64,000 nucleotides of DNA, taken from assembly GCA_023229795.1 (NCBI GenBank), contig JALNYP010000014.1, positions 4,478 to 68,477 of the forward strand, written 5' to 3'. Under the pieces are notes generated by a model that worked only from the letters and a program-made list of their open reading frames with translations, made no database searches and was not told where the DNA came from. The position numbers and the translations under genes were made by a program. Of the stretch, positions 27,496-37,417 are shown piece by piece; the stretch's first letter is position 1, and each line of letters starts with the position of its first letter. The DNA comes from Syntrophobacterales bacterium. GTDB lineage: Bacteria > Desulfobacterota > Desulfobaccia > Desulfobaccales > 0-14-0-80-60-11.

Positions 27496-27849
27496 ATGCC
27501 GAAGTTATTCCAAGATCGTACGCAGGCGGCCCTGTGCCCCTTTTGCGGGGTGAAAATTCTACGGCCGGTGGAGGTGGAAGGCGGTCAGTGGTACGACTTT
27601 GCCGGGGGGTTCTGCGACTGCGGGGCGGTATTTGCCCTCGATCCCACCGCCAGGAACGGCGGGGCGGCCTTTCTCCAGGCTCTCGTCATGATCACCGACG
27701 GGGATATGGACCGGGCTATGGGCCTGTCCGAAGGCGAGGATTATGACGTCGGCTATGTTTCGCACTATGACGTTGAGCAGCATCACGTGGACCCCCATGC
27801 CTTCGGGACTTTGTACTTCATCCGGCCCAGGACCGGCGCTGATGGGTGA
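27496..27849 (+). CDS. zinc-ribbon hypothetical protein
   Basis: GAGG RBS; CPFC...CDC motifs. Confidence 0.7.
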   Translation: MPKLFQDRTQAALCPFCGVKILRPVEVEGGQWYDFAGGFCDCGAVFALDPTARNGGAAFLQALVMITDGDMDRAMGLSEGEDYDVGYVSHYDVEQHHVDPHAFGTLYFIRPRTGADG

Positions 27850-27916
27850 TGTTGACCTTTAGCCGTTCATGTAGGGGCGGGGTCACCCCGCCCTTAGCCC
27901 TTTTCCCCCAAGTCAT

Positions 27917-28927
27917 TTATTTCCCCCCGAATCTCCGCTTCGCCATCTCTGCGGCCATGGTAATTGCGGCCTTGAGGCTATCCGGGACGGCCCGCCCGGT
28001 GCCCGCCAGGTTATAGGCGGTGCCGTGGTCCACGCTGGTGCGGATGATGGGCAGGCCCAGGGTCACGTTGACCCCGTCGATGAAGTGCAACAGTTTCAGC
28101 GGGATGAGTCCCTGGTCGTGGTACATGCAGATGATGGCCGCAAACTCCCCGTGGTAGTGGCGCCAAAACAGGGTGTCGGCCGGGAAGGGGCCCTCCACCG
28201 CCAGGCCAGCGGCCTGGGCCTCCTTGACCGCGGGGATGATAATGTCGGCCTCTTCGTGGCCGAACATGCCGTCTTCGCTGGCGTGCGGGTTGAGGGCCGC
28301 CACCCCCAAAGGCACGCCGGCCAGCCCGAAGTCCCGGTCCAGGGCCCGGCTGGTGAGATGAAAGAGCCGCACCAGGCCCTCCTGGGTGAGCCGCTTGGGC
28401 ACTTCGGCCAGGGCGCAGTGGATGGTGGCCAGGACCACCCGGAAGTCGCCCCCGGCCAGCATCATGGCAAACTCGGGGGTGCCGGTTTTCTTCGCCAAAA
28501 GCTCGGTGTGGCCGGGATAGTCGTAACCCGAAAGTTTCATGGCAATCTTGCTGATGGGCGCGGTGACCAGGCCTGAGACCTTTTGCAACTGGGCCAGATC
28601 AATGGCGGCCAGGATATAGCTGACCATGGCCGCACCGGAAGCCGGGGTGGGGCGGCCGTATTCCAGGTCTTTAGGCCCCAGTTGGGACAGGGCCATGAGG
28701 TCCAGGGTTCCCGACTGATAGCGCCCCATCCCCGGGCGGTCCGCCAGGTTGATGGTGAGATGCGGGTCCAGGGCCAGGCGGGCCCGTTCCAGGGCGCTGA
28801 GGTCGCCGATGATCAGCGGCCGGCAGATCTGGTACATGCGGGCGTCCGCCAGGGCCTTGATGATGATCTCGGGCCCCACGCCCACCGGGTCGCCCATGGT
28901 AATCGCCAAAATAGGTCTTGAAGGCAT
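27917..28927 (-). CDS. pdxA: 4-hydroxythreonine-4-phosphate dehydrogenase
   Basis: ITMGDPVGVGPE, GHTE, LNPHA, MYHDQG, RTSVDHGTA; start at ATG 28927. Confidence 0.95.
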   Translation of the reverse strand: MPSRPILAITMGDPVGVGPEIIIKALADARMYQICRPLIIGDLSALERARLALDPHLTINLADRPGMGRYQSGTLDLMALSQLGPKDLEYGRPTPASGAAMVSYILAAIDLAQLQKVSGLVTAPISKIAMKLSGYDYPGHTELLAKKTGTPEFAMMLAGGDFRVVLATIHCALAEVPKRLTQEGLVRLFHLTSRALDRDFGLAGVPLGVAALNPHASEDGMFGHEEADIIIPAVKEAQAAGLAVEGPFPADTLFWRHYHGEFAAIICMYHDQGLIPLKLLHFIDGVNVTLGLPIIRTSVDHGTAYNLAGTGRAVPDSLKAAITMAAEMAKRRFGGK

Positions 28928-28931
28928 ATCG

Positions 28932-29795
28932 TTATGGCCGTCCTTCCGCAGAGATGCGCTGCACCTGGATGCGTATCTTTCCCCCTTCCAGGGTGACTTT
29001 GAGGTAGTGATAAAAAAAATGCTGGGGATCGGTGCCGTATAAGGGGGCCCCGGCCCCGGCGGTGATGGTGTAGGGGACTCCGTCCCAGGTCCCGTCAAAG
29101 TAGCCGTGGATATGGCCGGCAAAGACCCGGGTGACCCCGTAGCGGGCGAAGAGTTCCAGCAGCCTGGCTCCCGCCGCCTCCGGCAGGGCGTGAGGCTTTT
29201 GCCCTTCCCGGGGGTCAAAGAGCGGGATATGCAGGAACACCAGGCGGGTCTGGTAAGCCTGGGATTTTTTCAGCTCCGCCTCCAGCCAGCCCCACTCGGA
29301 CTCGCCGCCGGGCTCCACGTCGTTGATGACGATGAAATAGTTGTCCTTGATCTGAAAGGCATAGTGATCGGGGCCGAAAATCCCGCGATACACCGCGGAG
29401 TTCCGTTCCTGGTCCAGATCATGGTTGCCGATCACCGTCAGCAGGGGCAGGCGCAGGTGGCGGCGGACCCGGCTCAGAAAGTCGCCGAAGCTCTCCGGGC
29501 TGCCGCTCTCCACCAGGTCGCCCACGTCGATGGCAAAGGCCAGGCCGGGCTCCTGGTCCAGGCGCTTGAGAACTGCCTCGAAGACCGCGGGATTGCTGCG
29601 GTTATCCCCCAGGACCGCAAAGGTCAAGGCGTTCCCAGCGGGAACCTTGATCCGCTCCAGATTGCTCCGGTTCCAATCCCCGGCCGGCAGCGCGCCGGCG
29701 TCGGCCGCCAGACCGGCTCCGGCCCAGGCCAGGAGGCCGCAGACGATCAGGCAGACCTTAACAAGGGAGAGTTTCCGGTCTCTTGCAGACCTCAT
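28932..29795 (-). CDS. exported calcineurin-like metallophosphoesterase
   Basis: Signal peptide; GDNR, GDLV, GNHD, H, GHIH. Confidence 0.9.
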   Translation of the reverse strand: MRSARDRKLSLVKVCLIVCGLLAWAGAGLAADAGALPAGDWNRSNLERIKVPAGNALTFAVLGDNRSNPAVFEAVLKRLDQEPGLAFAIDVGDLVESGSPESFGDFLSRVRRHLRLPLLTVIGNHDLDQERNSAVYRGIFGPDHYAFQIKDNYFIVINDVEPGGESEWGWLEAELKKSQAYQTRLVFLHIPLFDPREGQKPHALPEAAGARLLELFARYGVTRVFAGHIHGYFDGTWDGVPYTITAGAGAPLYGTDPQHFFYHYLKVTLEGGKIRIQVQRISAEGRP

Positions 29796-29920
29796 GCTTT
29801 CTGCCCTCCTGATTTACTCCGCCTCGCCGGCCGGGTCAGGCCCGGCTTAACTTTTTCCATGCAATCCTCCGGCCAGGTATGCCACAATAGCTATTACCAA
29901 ATATACGGCAGACGGGGTCC

Positions 29921-30754
29921 GTGTCAATGACAGAACTGGCAAAAACGCGGTTGGCGGAAAGCAAGCTGGGTTTCATCGGGGTCGGCAGCATGGGCGGGGC
30001 CATCATCCGGGGCCTGCTGGCCGGGGGCCGGGTGACCCGGGAGAACCTGGTCTATTATGACCCGGACCCGGCCCGGCAGGCCCAGATGGATGAACTGGGG
30101 GTGGAAGCCGCCCTGGATACCGCGGAGGTGATGCACGCCCCGGTGGTGGTGCTGGCGGTCAAGCCCCAGGTAATGCCCGCGGTCCTGGCCGGCGTCAAGG
30201 AGTTCGCCCGGCCCTGGCACCTGATGATTTCCATCGCCGCCGGGGTCCCCCTGCAAGTCCTGGAAGCGGCCTTGCCCGAATCCCGGCTGATCCGGGTCAT
30301 GCCCAACGCCCCCACCCTGGTGGGGGCCGGGATGGCGGCCCTGGCCCCAGGGCGCGGCGCCACTTCGGAAGACTTGGCCCTGGGCCTGGAACTTTTTGGG
30401 GCCGTGGGTCAGGCCGTGATAATCGAAGAGCGGCTGATGGATGCGGTCACCGGCTTGAGCGGCAGCGGCCCGGCCTTTGTGGCCGTCTTCATCGAGGCCC
30501 TGGCCGATGGCGGCGTCAAAATGGGCCTGCCCCGCCCCCTGGCCCTGACCCTGGCCACCCAGACCGTGCTGGGCTCGGCCCGCCTCTGCCTGGAAGAGCG
30601 GCTGCACCCGGCCCTGTTGAAGGACATGGTGACCTCGCCGGGCGGCACCACCATCGCCGGCCTCCATGCCCTGGAATGCAGCGGCTTTCGGGGCGCGGTC
30701 ATGGACGCGGTCACCGCGGCCGCGGCGCGCTCGAAAGAACTGGGTCAGGCCTGA
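29921..30754 (+). CDS. proC: pyrroline-5-carboxylate reductase
   Basis: GFIGVGSMG, AVKPQ, RVMPN, SGSGPAF, VTSPGGTT. Confidence 0.96.
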   Translation: MSMTELAKTRLAESKLGFIGVGSMGGAIIRGLLAGGRVTRENLVYYDPDPARQAQMDELGVEAALDTAEVMHAPVVVLAVKPQVMPAVLAGVKEFARPWHLMISIAAGVPLQVLEAALPESRLIRVMPNAPTLVGAGMAALAPGRGATSEDLALGLELFGAVGQAVIIEERLMDAVTGLSGSGPAFVAVFIEALADGGVKMGLPRPLALTLATQTVLGSARLCLEERLHPALLKDMVTSPGGTTIAGLHALECSGFRGAVMDAVTAAAARSKELGQA

Positions 30755-30819
30755 AATCAAGGCAATATCCTGAGGCCATTGACCCGATAGTCACTGACCG
30801 CGGAAAGTTGAGAGCTATT

Positions 30820-31491
30820 ATGCTGGAAATCAAGGCCATCGGCATCGGGGGCATCGGCTGCGCCCTGCTTCCCTTTCTCTGCCGCTTCCTGCAATATGCC
30901 AATGAGCCGGCCCGCCTCACCCTCATCGACGGCGACCGGTTCGAGCGCAGCAATGCTGCGCGCCAGGCCTTCTCCCGCCTGGGCAACAAGGCCGAAGTCA
31001 AGGCCCTGGAGTTGGCCCAGGAGTTCGAGGCCCTGGCCTTCCGGTCGGCGCCGGAATATGTGACCGAAGACAACGCGGCCCGGCTCATCCTCCCCGGCGA
31101 CCTGGTCTTCCTGATGGTGGACAACCACGCCTCCCGCGGCCTGGTGAGCCGCCATGCCGCCAATCTGGCCGATCTTACCCTGATCTCCGGCGGCAACGAT
31201 TATGAAGACGGCAACGTCCAGATCTACGTCCGCAAGCAGGGCCAGGACCTCACCCCGGCTCTCACCCGCTACCATCCCGAGATTGCCGCGCCCCAGGACC
31301 AAAACCCCGCCACCATGTCCTGCGAAGAACTGATGGCGGCCGGCGCCCCCCAACTGCTGTTCACCAATCTCATGGTGGCCTCCCTGATGCTGAACGCCTT
31401 TTATGCGCTTCGGCAGGGACAGATGAACTACTCCGAGGTCTATCTGGATATCCTGCAAAACGTCAGCCGGGCGGTGGCCCGGCCGGTTTAG
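30820..31491 (+). CDS. ThiF/E1-like adenylyltransferase (no Zn CxxC pairs, PRTRC-like type)
   Basis: GIGGIG, LIDGD.FE.SN..RQ, NKAE, VDN, GGN, SC(168)EE, QLLFTN. Confidence 0.8.
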   Translation: MLEIKAIGIGGIGCALLPFLCRFLQYANEPARLTLIDGDRFERSNAARQAFSRLGNKAEVKALELAQEFEALAFRSAPEYVTEDNAARLILPGDLVFLMVDNHASRGLVSRHAANLADLTLISGGNDYEDGNVQIYVRKQGQDLTPALTRYHPEIAAPQDQNPATMSCEELMAAGAPQLLFTNLMVASLMLNAFYALRQGQMNYSEVYLDILQNVSRAVARPV

Positions 31492-31513
31492 CCCTTAGGG
31501 GCGGACTTGCTTG

Positions 31514-31540
31514 AGGGCGGACACTCAGGTCCGCCCCTAC
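31514..31540. repeat. REP palindrome
   Basis: GGGCGGAC ACTCAG GTCCGCCC CTAC. Confidence 0.6.
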
Positions 31541-31550
31541 AGTTGAATTG

Positions 31551-32021
31551 ATGAAGAAATCTAGTTATTGCCTGGTCATCATTCTCTGCATTCTTCTCTC
31601 CGCCCTCCCATCTCCTGCTCTAGACGTGTTCCAACAGTATGAAAAAGTGATTTGGATTGATCAAATCAGGCAGGCCGGAGTCGCCTACGAACACGGCAAA
31701 AAGCTGGACGAATTTCCCCTCATCACCGGCGATGATGAAACTCCCACCCCGCCGGGAATCTATGTGGTAAGGGTGAAGGATGCCGATTATTATTCCCGCA
31801 CCTACGATACCCCCATGCCGTACTCCATATTTTTCGATTTTAAGGGCAAAAGAGCCATTCACGAAGGAGAAGTGCCTGAGCCCGGAGTGAAGAAAGACTG
31901 GGCGACGCACGGCTGTATTCACGTGGAACAGCCATATATTGAATGGCTGTTTGATTGGGCGGAGGAAGGTAAAACCGCGGTGGTGATTTACGGCGCCAGA
32001 GATGATGATGAGGCGGATTGA
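31551..32021 (+). CDS. L,D-transpeptidase (YkuD)
   Basis: Signal peptide; TPPG.Y, MPYSIFF, AIH, THGCI. Confidence 0.88.
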   Translation: MKKSSYCLVIILCILLSALPSPALDVFQQYEKVIWIDQIRQAGVAYEHGKKLDEFPLITGDDETPTPPGIYVVRVKDADYYSRTYDTPMPYSIFFDFKGKRAIHEGEVPEPGVKKDWATHGCIHVEQPYIEWLFDWAEEGKTAVVIYGARDDDEAD

Positions 32022-32033
32022 GGGGCGACCCCG

Positions 32034-32066
32034 AAAAAAAGCCCGGCGCGAGCCGGGCTTTTTTTG
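32034..32066. terminator. bidirectional intrinsic terminator
   Basis: AAAAAAAGCCCGGC GCGA GCCGGGCTTTTTTT between convergent genes. Confidence 0.85.
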
Positions 32067-32083
32067 CAAAAATGATCCTAAAC

Positions 32084-32515
32084 TTAGCAGGGCGGTCTTT
32101 TGGCCTTGCGTTTGATGCGGCGCTTAAGCTTGGTGGGCGTGGCGCGGGGCTCCTCCACTTTGACGATCTCTTCCATGAAATCGTATTTCTTGCACATGAA
32201 GGGGAACTGCTGGGGTTTGGCCTGGATTTTCAGGCAATAAAACGGCTGGCCGTCGCGATAGGCCGTCACGTCCGCTTTCTGAGCCCAGGTGATATATTCT
32301 ATCCAGCCGAAAGGCGGAATGGTCACGGTGCCGAGGCTGTTTTTCGAAGGGATGGAGACCTCGTACCTGGTACAGTTCCTGATGATGCCCTTATAGGGGG
32401 CGTAACCCGTAGACCCGGCCAGGGCCAGGACCTCGAGCTGGGTGGGCTGGTCCACGGCCGCCGCCAGGCCGGCAGAAGCCAGAATAATTCCCATGATGCA
32501 GGCGAGGATTCTCAT
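32084..32515 (-). CDS. exported hypothetical protein
   Basis: GAAAGGA RBS; signal peptide MRILACIMGIILASAGLAAA; basic tail. Confidence 0.65.
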   Translation of the reverse strand: MRILACIMGIILASAGLAAAVDQPTQLEVLALAGSTGYAPYKGIIRNCTRYEVSIPSKNSLGTVTIPPFGWIEYITWAQKADVTAYRDGQPFYCLKIQAKPQQFPFMCKKYDFMEEIVKVEEPRATPTKLKRRIKRKAKRPPC

Positions 32516-32837
32516 CTTACCCATCCTTTCGCAGATGCTTAATTTGCCCAGGCGTTCCCAGCCGCGCGCCAAGGCCGGCCAGGCGAGGCTAATCGCCGGG
32601 TCCTCTGTTACCGTGTAAGGGCTTTTCCAATCCTTGTCAAGCAATTTCTCAGGAAATTCCCATTGTTCCGGGCCAAGGCGAACTACCTCCGGTCTTCTCT
32701 ACTACGGCAGTTTTGATTATTCTCCGGAAGCAAGCCCCGAGTAAATCGGGCTATCCCTGATTTTACCCTTCCAAATGGCTTAATCTGGGCTTATGTCAGT
32801 CGCGGCGAAATTTGGGGAATTCTTACGGCAAGCGAAA

Positions 32838-32862
32838 AGGGCACGGCACGCCGTGCCCCTAC
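32838..32862. repeat. REP palindrome, identical copy at about 43150-43173 next to a related GTAG REP at 43117
   Basis: AGGGCACGGCACGCCGTGCCCCTAC. Confidence 0.8.
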
Positions 32863-32913
32863 AGGGAATTGCCTTAATGAAATATTTTGCTGCAGGGTGG
32901 CTCCGGCTGCCGC

Positions 32914-34023
32914 TTAATCCTTCTCCGGCAACTCCACCGCCTGGCCGGTGAGGGCCGCCACTTCGGTGAGCAGGACGCGCAAAAGTTCGGCCTCGGGCAC
33001 CTGACGCACCACTTCGCCTTTCTTGAACAGCAGCCCCACGCCGGCGCCGCCGGCGATACCCACGTCGGCCTCCCGGGCCTCTCCGGGGCCGTTGACCACG
33101 CAGCCCATGATGGCCACCTTAAGGGGCGCGGTCACGGCCAGCAGGCGGCGTTCGACTTCTTCGGCCAGAGAGAACAGGTCGATGCGGCAGCGGCCGCAGG
33201 TGGGGCAGGAGATCAATTCCACCCCCCGTTCCCTTAAATGCAGGGCTCTGAGGATCTCGTAGGCCACCCGGATTTCTTCCACCGGGTCCCGGGTCAGCGA
33301 CACCCGCATGGTGTCGCCGATGCCCTTGGCCAGCAACATGCCGATGCCCAGAGCGGATTTTACCGTGCCGGCGATGAGGCCGCCGGCTTCGGTCACGCCC
33401 AGGTGGAGGGGATAGTCCGTGTGGCGGGAGAGTTCCTCGTAGGCTGCCACCGTGGTTAAGACATCGGAGGATTTGAGCGAAATTTTAAAATTAAAAAAAC
33501 CCCAAGCTTCGAATTGCTCAACCCAGCGCATGGCGCTGGCGGCCAGCGCGGGGGCGGTGGGCGCGCCGTATTGGGCCAACAGATCGGCCTCCAATGAGCC
33601 GGCGTTCACCCCCAGGCGCAGGGGAATACCCCGCTCCCGGCAGGCCTCCACCACTAGCTTGGTTTTTTCGGCGCCGCCCAGGTTGCCGGGGTTGATGCGG
33701 ATGGCGTCGGCGCCCTGCTCCAGAGAGGCCAGGGCCAGGCGGTAATTAAAGTGGATGTCGGCGATCAGGGGCAGGGGGCTTTCCCGCTTGATGGCGCCGA
33801 AGGCGGCCGCCGCGTCCTGATCGGGCACGGCCAGGCGGGCCACTTCGCAGCCCGCCGCGGCCAGGCGCCTGATCTGGGCCAAGGTCGCTTCGACTTCCCG
33901 GGTGTCGGTGTTGGTCATGGATTGCACCACCACCGGGGCCCCGCCGCCGATCTGGACCGGGCCGACGAAGATGGCCCGGGTGGGTTGGCGCGGTATCTGC
34001 ATAGCTTCTTTAGTATGAGACAT
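32914..34023 (-). CDS. ispG: (E)-4-hydroxy-3-methylbut-2-enyl diphosphate synthase
   Basis: VQSMTNT, ADIHF, RINPGN, LHLGVTEAG, SCPTCGR, MGCVVNGPGE. Confidence 0.97.
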   Translation of the reverse strand: MSHTKEAMQIPRQPTRAIFVGPVQIGGGAPVVVQSMTNTDTREVEATLAQIRRLAAAGCEVARLAVPDQDAAAAFGAIKRESPLPLIADIHFNYRLALASLEQGADAIRINPGNLGGAEKTKLVVEACRERGIPLRLGVNAGSLEADLLAQYGAPTAPALAASAMRWVEQFEAWGFFNFKISLKSSDVLTTVAAYEELSRHTDYPLHLGVTEAGGLIAGTVKSALGIGMLLAKGIGDTMRVSLTRDPVEEIRVAYEILRALHLRERGVELISCPTCGRCRIDLFSLAEEVERRLLAVTAPLKVAIMGCVVNGPGEAREADVGIAGGAGVGLLFKKGEVVRQVPEAELLRVLLTEVAALTGQAVELPEKD

Positions 34024-34126
34024 AATTTAGGCAGATTTTAACGGAATCGGCCGCGGGCCGCAAGTTGGCCCCCAAATATCCCTTGCCACCGACCGCTTCT
34101 ACGGCTCCCTGCCTACGGCTTACGGC

Positions 34127-34900
34127 TCATAAAAAATTCGGCTGGCGCTTTTCCAGGAAGGCCCTGGCCCCCTCGTGGGCGTCCGGCGAGGCAAAGCACA
34201 GGGCAAAGGCGTCCACCTCCAGGAGGCAGGCGTTCTTCAGATCCAGGTCGAAGCCCCGGTCGATGGCCTGCTTGGCGGCGCGCAGAGACACCCGGCCCTT
34301 GGCCGCCAGGGACCGCGCCACCTTGAGGCATTCCGCCATAAAGGTATCAGTCGGAAAGACCTGGGCCACCAGCCCCAGGGCCTTGGCCTCCGCGGCGTTG
34401 ACCAGGCGGCCGGTGAGGACCATCTCCTTGGCCGCGCCTTTGCCGACCAGGCGGGCCAGGCGCTGGGTGCCGCCGAACCCGGGGATGATCCCCAGGTTGA
34501 TCTCCGGCTGGCCCAGGCGGGCGGTGTCCGCGGCATAGATGAAGTCGCAGGCCATGGCCATCTCCAGCCCGCCCCCCAGGGCGAAGCCGTTGACACAGGC
34601 GATCACCGGAATCTCCAGGGCCTCCAGGGCGAAGCCGGTCTCGTGGGCCGAGGCCGCGAAGGCCCGGGCCGCCAGGGGGTCGAAGTCCAGGAAGACCTTG
34701 ATGTCCGCGCCGGCGATGAAAGACCGGCCGGCCCCGGTGAGCAGCAAGACCCGCACTTCCGGGTCCTGCCGCACCCGCGCCACCGCGTCCTTGAACTCGG
34801 AGAGCATCTCGTGGCTCAGGGCATTGAGCTTGTCCGGGCGGTTAAAGGTGATGGTGGCGACGCCGGCTTCTTGGTCAAACAGGATGTTTTGATATAACAT
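34127..34900 (-). CDS. enoyl-CoA hydratase (crotonase)
   Basis: NRPDKLNAL, FIAGADI, GGGLE, PEINLGIIPGFGGTQRL. Confidence 0.93.
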   Translation of the reverse strand: MLYQNILFDQEAGVATITFNRPDKLNALSHEMLSEFKDAVARVRQDPEVRVLLLTGAGRSFIAGADIKVFLDFDPLAARAFAASAHETGFALEALEIPVIACVNGFALGGGLEMAMACDFIYAADTARLGQPEINLGIIPGFGGTQRLARLVGKGAAKEMVLTGRLVNAAEAKALGLVAQVFPTDTFMAECLKVARSLAAKGRVSLRAAKQAIDRGFDLDLKNACLLEVDAFALCFASPDAHEGARAFLEKRQPNFL

Positions 34901-34909
34901 GGGCTCTCC

Positions 34910-35965
34910 TTATGGTACCGCAGTTAGGGTTCCTAATTCGTCAATGGTGCCCGGCTGCCAGCGGGGCTGGTCGTCTTTGTCGAGGAGGCGGGCCCGGATG
35001 CCCTCCAGGTAATCGGGATGGGTGATGAGGAAATGGGCCGCCAGGGCCTCCCGATGGAAGACTTCTGGTAAGGGCCGCCCCTCGTTAGCCCGGAGCAGTT
35101 GCAACGTCACAGCCAGGGCCGTGGGGGAGCGCTCCCCCAGACGCCGGCGCACCTCGGTGCAGAGCGGCAATTCCAGGCTACACTGATCGAGGCCGGCCAT
35201 GATCTCCTTTAAGGAGGCCTTCCCCGCGAAGCGCGCGGCCACCCAGGTGTCCAATTCCGGGTTGGGAGGGATATCCTGGGACTCAAACGGCCTCAGCACC
35301 TCTTGCAGGGCCGCCGCGGCGGCCTCCCGGGCCGCGGGCAGACTCAAAGCGCAACGCTCCAGGGCCTGCTGCAATTCGGACCGGCGCGCCGCCGGGACCA
35401 GGTGCGTCGCCAGCCCCAGGCGCACGCACTCTCCCCCGATCAGTTCGTACCCCGTCAGGGCCAGGTACTCGGGGTAGCCCGGCGGGCATTTGGCGAACAG
35501 CCAGCCCGTGGCGCCGACGTCCGGGAAAAAGCCGATGCGGGTCTCGGGCATGGCCATGCGGGTAGCTTCGGTGGCCACGACGATATCGGCCCCGGCGGCC
35601 AGGCCCAGCCCGCCGCCCATGGTGATGCCGGGGGCCAGCACTGCCACCGGCTTGGGAAACCGGTGGATCAAGAGGTCCAGGGCGTATTCCTCCTGAAAGA
35701 ACTGATCGGCCAGCGAAACCTGGTTTTCTTTGACCGCCCCGGTCAGTTCCTTGAGGTCGCCGCCGGCGCAAAAACCCCGCTCGCCGGCGCCGCTGATCAA
35801 CACCAGGCGCACGCCGGCCGCGGCCCGGGCCTCGTCGAAGGCCTGGCGCAGCAGCCGGATCATTTCGAGATTAAGGGTATTGAGGACCCGGGGCCGGTTG
35901 AGGACGATGGCCATCAAACCGGGCTGCCGGTTGACCAGGACGGGGGAGTCTGTGTGATCGGCCAT
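34910..35965 (-). CDS. 3-hydroxyisobutyryl-CoA hydrolase-like crotonase
   Basis: FCAGGD, MGGG, AMPETRIGFFPDVG, EGIRA.LLDKD..P.W. Confidence 0.9.
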   Translation of the reverse strand: MADHTDSPVLVNRQPGLMAIVLNRPRVLNTLNLEMIRLLRQAFDEARAAAGVRLVLISGAGERGFCAGGDLKELTGAVKENQVSLADQFFQEEYALDLLIHRFPKPVAVLAPGITMGGGLGLAAGADIVVATEATRMAMPETRIGFFPDVGATGWLFAKCPPGYPEYLALTGYELIGGECVRLGLATHLVPAARRSELQQALERCALSLPAAREAAAAALQEVLRPFESQDIPPNPELDTWVAARFAGKASLKEIMAGLDQCSLELPLCTEVRRRLGERSPTALAVTLQLLRANEGRPLPEVFHREALAAHFLITHPDYLEGIRARLLDKDDQPRWQPGTIDELGTLTAVP

Positions 35966-36051
35966 AGGCGGGGACCGAATTAGGGGTTAGGGACCAGGGG
36001 CCAGACAAAGACTTCGGTTTCGGCTGAAAGCTGACCGCTGATAGCTGACAG

Positions 36052-36714
36052 CTACCTGCCTTTTTGTCCCCAAAAAATTAGTTGGGGCATTTCCACATTG
36101 CCCATGAACTGGATGGAGGACAAAATGGTTTCCCAACGGTGTAGCCGGTAGCCGGGAAACTGGTCCCGGAGTTCCTCCGGGGTGGGAAAGTGGTGGATCA
36201 TGGCGCCGTCCGGGGTGGCGATGTCCACGAGGGTGCCGGGCTCCAGCTCCCGGGTCTGGGGCAATTTGACCTTCAAGGCGAACTCCCAGGGCGAGACGTT
36301 GATGAACAGGTGGCCGCCCGGTTTGACGACCCGGTCCAGCTCCCGACAGTATTCCCGGAAGGTGGCGGCAGAGCCGTGATTGATGACCTTGATGGACACC
36401 GCCAGGTCAAAGGCCCCGGTGACGAAGGGCAGCCGGTTGAGGTCGGCCTGGGCCAGGTAGGGGCCAGCCGCCTCAACTGCGGCCTTTTTCAGGCGGTCTT
36501 GCAGGAGTTGCAACACCCGGGCGTCATAATCCACTCCCCAGACCTGGAAGCCGGCCGCCAACAGGGGCAGCAGGTGCCGGCCCACGCCACAGCCTGCGTC
36601 CAGCACCCGGCGGCAGCCGGCCTGTTGCATCACGGGAATCAGGGCCATAAGCTCGGGATCGGGCTCCTTGCCCTGCATCACCGGATCGGCAAAAAGTTCT
36701 CCCCACACAGGCAT
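36052..36714 (-). CDS. class I SAM-dependent methyltransferase
   Basis: VLDAGCGVGRH, LPF, RVVKPGG. Confidence 0.88.
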   Translation of the reverse strand: MPVWGELFADPVMQGKEPDPELMALIPVMQQAGCRRVLDAGCGVGRHLLPLLAAGFQVWGVDYDARVLQLLQDRLKKAAVEAAGPYLAQADLNRLPFVTGAFDLAVSIKVINHGSAATFREYCRELDRVVKPGGHLFINVSPWEFALKVKLPQTRELEPGTLVDIATPDGAMIHHFPTPEELRDQFPGYRLHRWETILSSIQFMGNVEMPQLIFWGQKGR

Positions 36715-36969
36715 AGGCTAAACCTTTTCTTTTTTCCGGAAAGCTCTCACCCTAGGGCTCCTATCTTCCATTTCTCAACTTAACTAACTATTGAAGTTAG
36801 CAATAATTTTCAAGAAGCTAATTTTAGGATTTTCGAAGGCAAAATTAATGAATTCCCTAATTGAATCCGATCTATTTTTTGGTTTACATATATTTCAAAA
36901 CCACATATAAGTTACCTCAATATTTTATAGGGGCTATCGAGGATATCCGAAAGCTCTCTAGGGGGATGG

Positions 36970-37152
36970 ATGAAAACGGCTCAAATCCTGCTCTGGGATG
37001 AAATCGATCATAACGCGTATACTTGGCCGACCCCTGAGGCTCTGCCTAAGGAGTATATTACCCCGCCGCCCACCTTGGCAAGTATTCCGGACATGGACTT
37101 TATCCCCTTACATATGAGAAAATATCTCAGGTCGAGAAGAATGTATTGTTGA
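36970..37152 (+). CDS. possible 60-aa hypothetical protein
   Basis: AGGGGG RBS-like element after an AT-rich promoter region; no recognisable family. Confidence 0.4.
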   Translation: MKTAQILLWDEIDHNAYTWPTPEALPKEYITPPPTLASIPDMDFIPLHMRKYLRSRRMYC

Positions 37153-37417
37153 AGTCCTGCTAGACCCTTCGAGTGATACAGGCATCTTAAGCAAGGAACG
37201 ATCCGCTCCCGGGGATCGGATGGCTGGGTTTGCCGCCCTTGCTGGAAGATGACTGGAAACGGGATTCCCTCCTGCCGCTAAATTCCTTTTAACAGTCCAA
37301 TTTTTCTGATTATAATTATTAATGCTCACGGGTTTTCTGCGCCCTGATAGCAGATTCGCCTCTTGACCTGTTTCTCCCGTGGGTACGAGCTAAAATTTCT
37401 TTTCATGAGGTGCCAGT

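Noticed and set aside
28928-29218. N-terminal extensions in the ORF track for pdxA (also ndk, ThiF, nagZ, cupin)
   Set aside because: They overlap upstream genes or repeats; family N-termini and RBS positions indicate later starts.
37141-37176. Possible Cys-Sec read-through at the end of ORF 36970-37152 (TGT TGA)
   Set aside because: Only 7 more codons to the next TGA, no convincing hairpin, and no recognisable domain spanning the stop.
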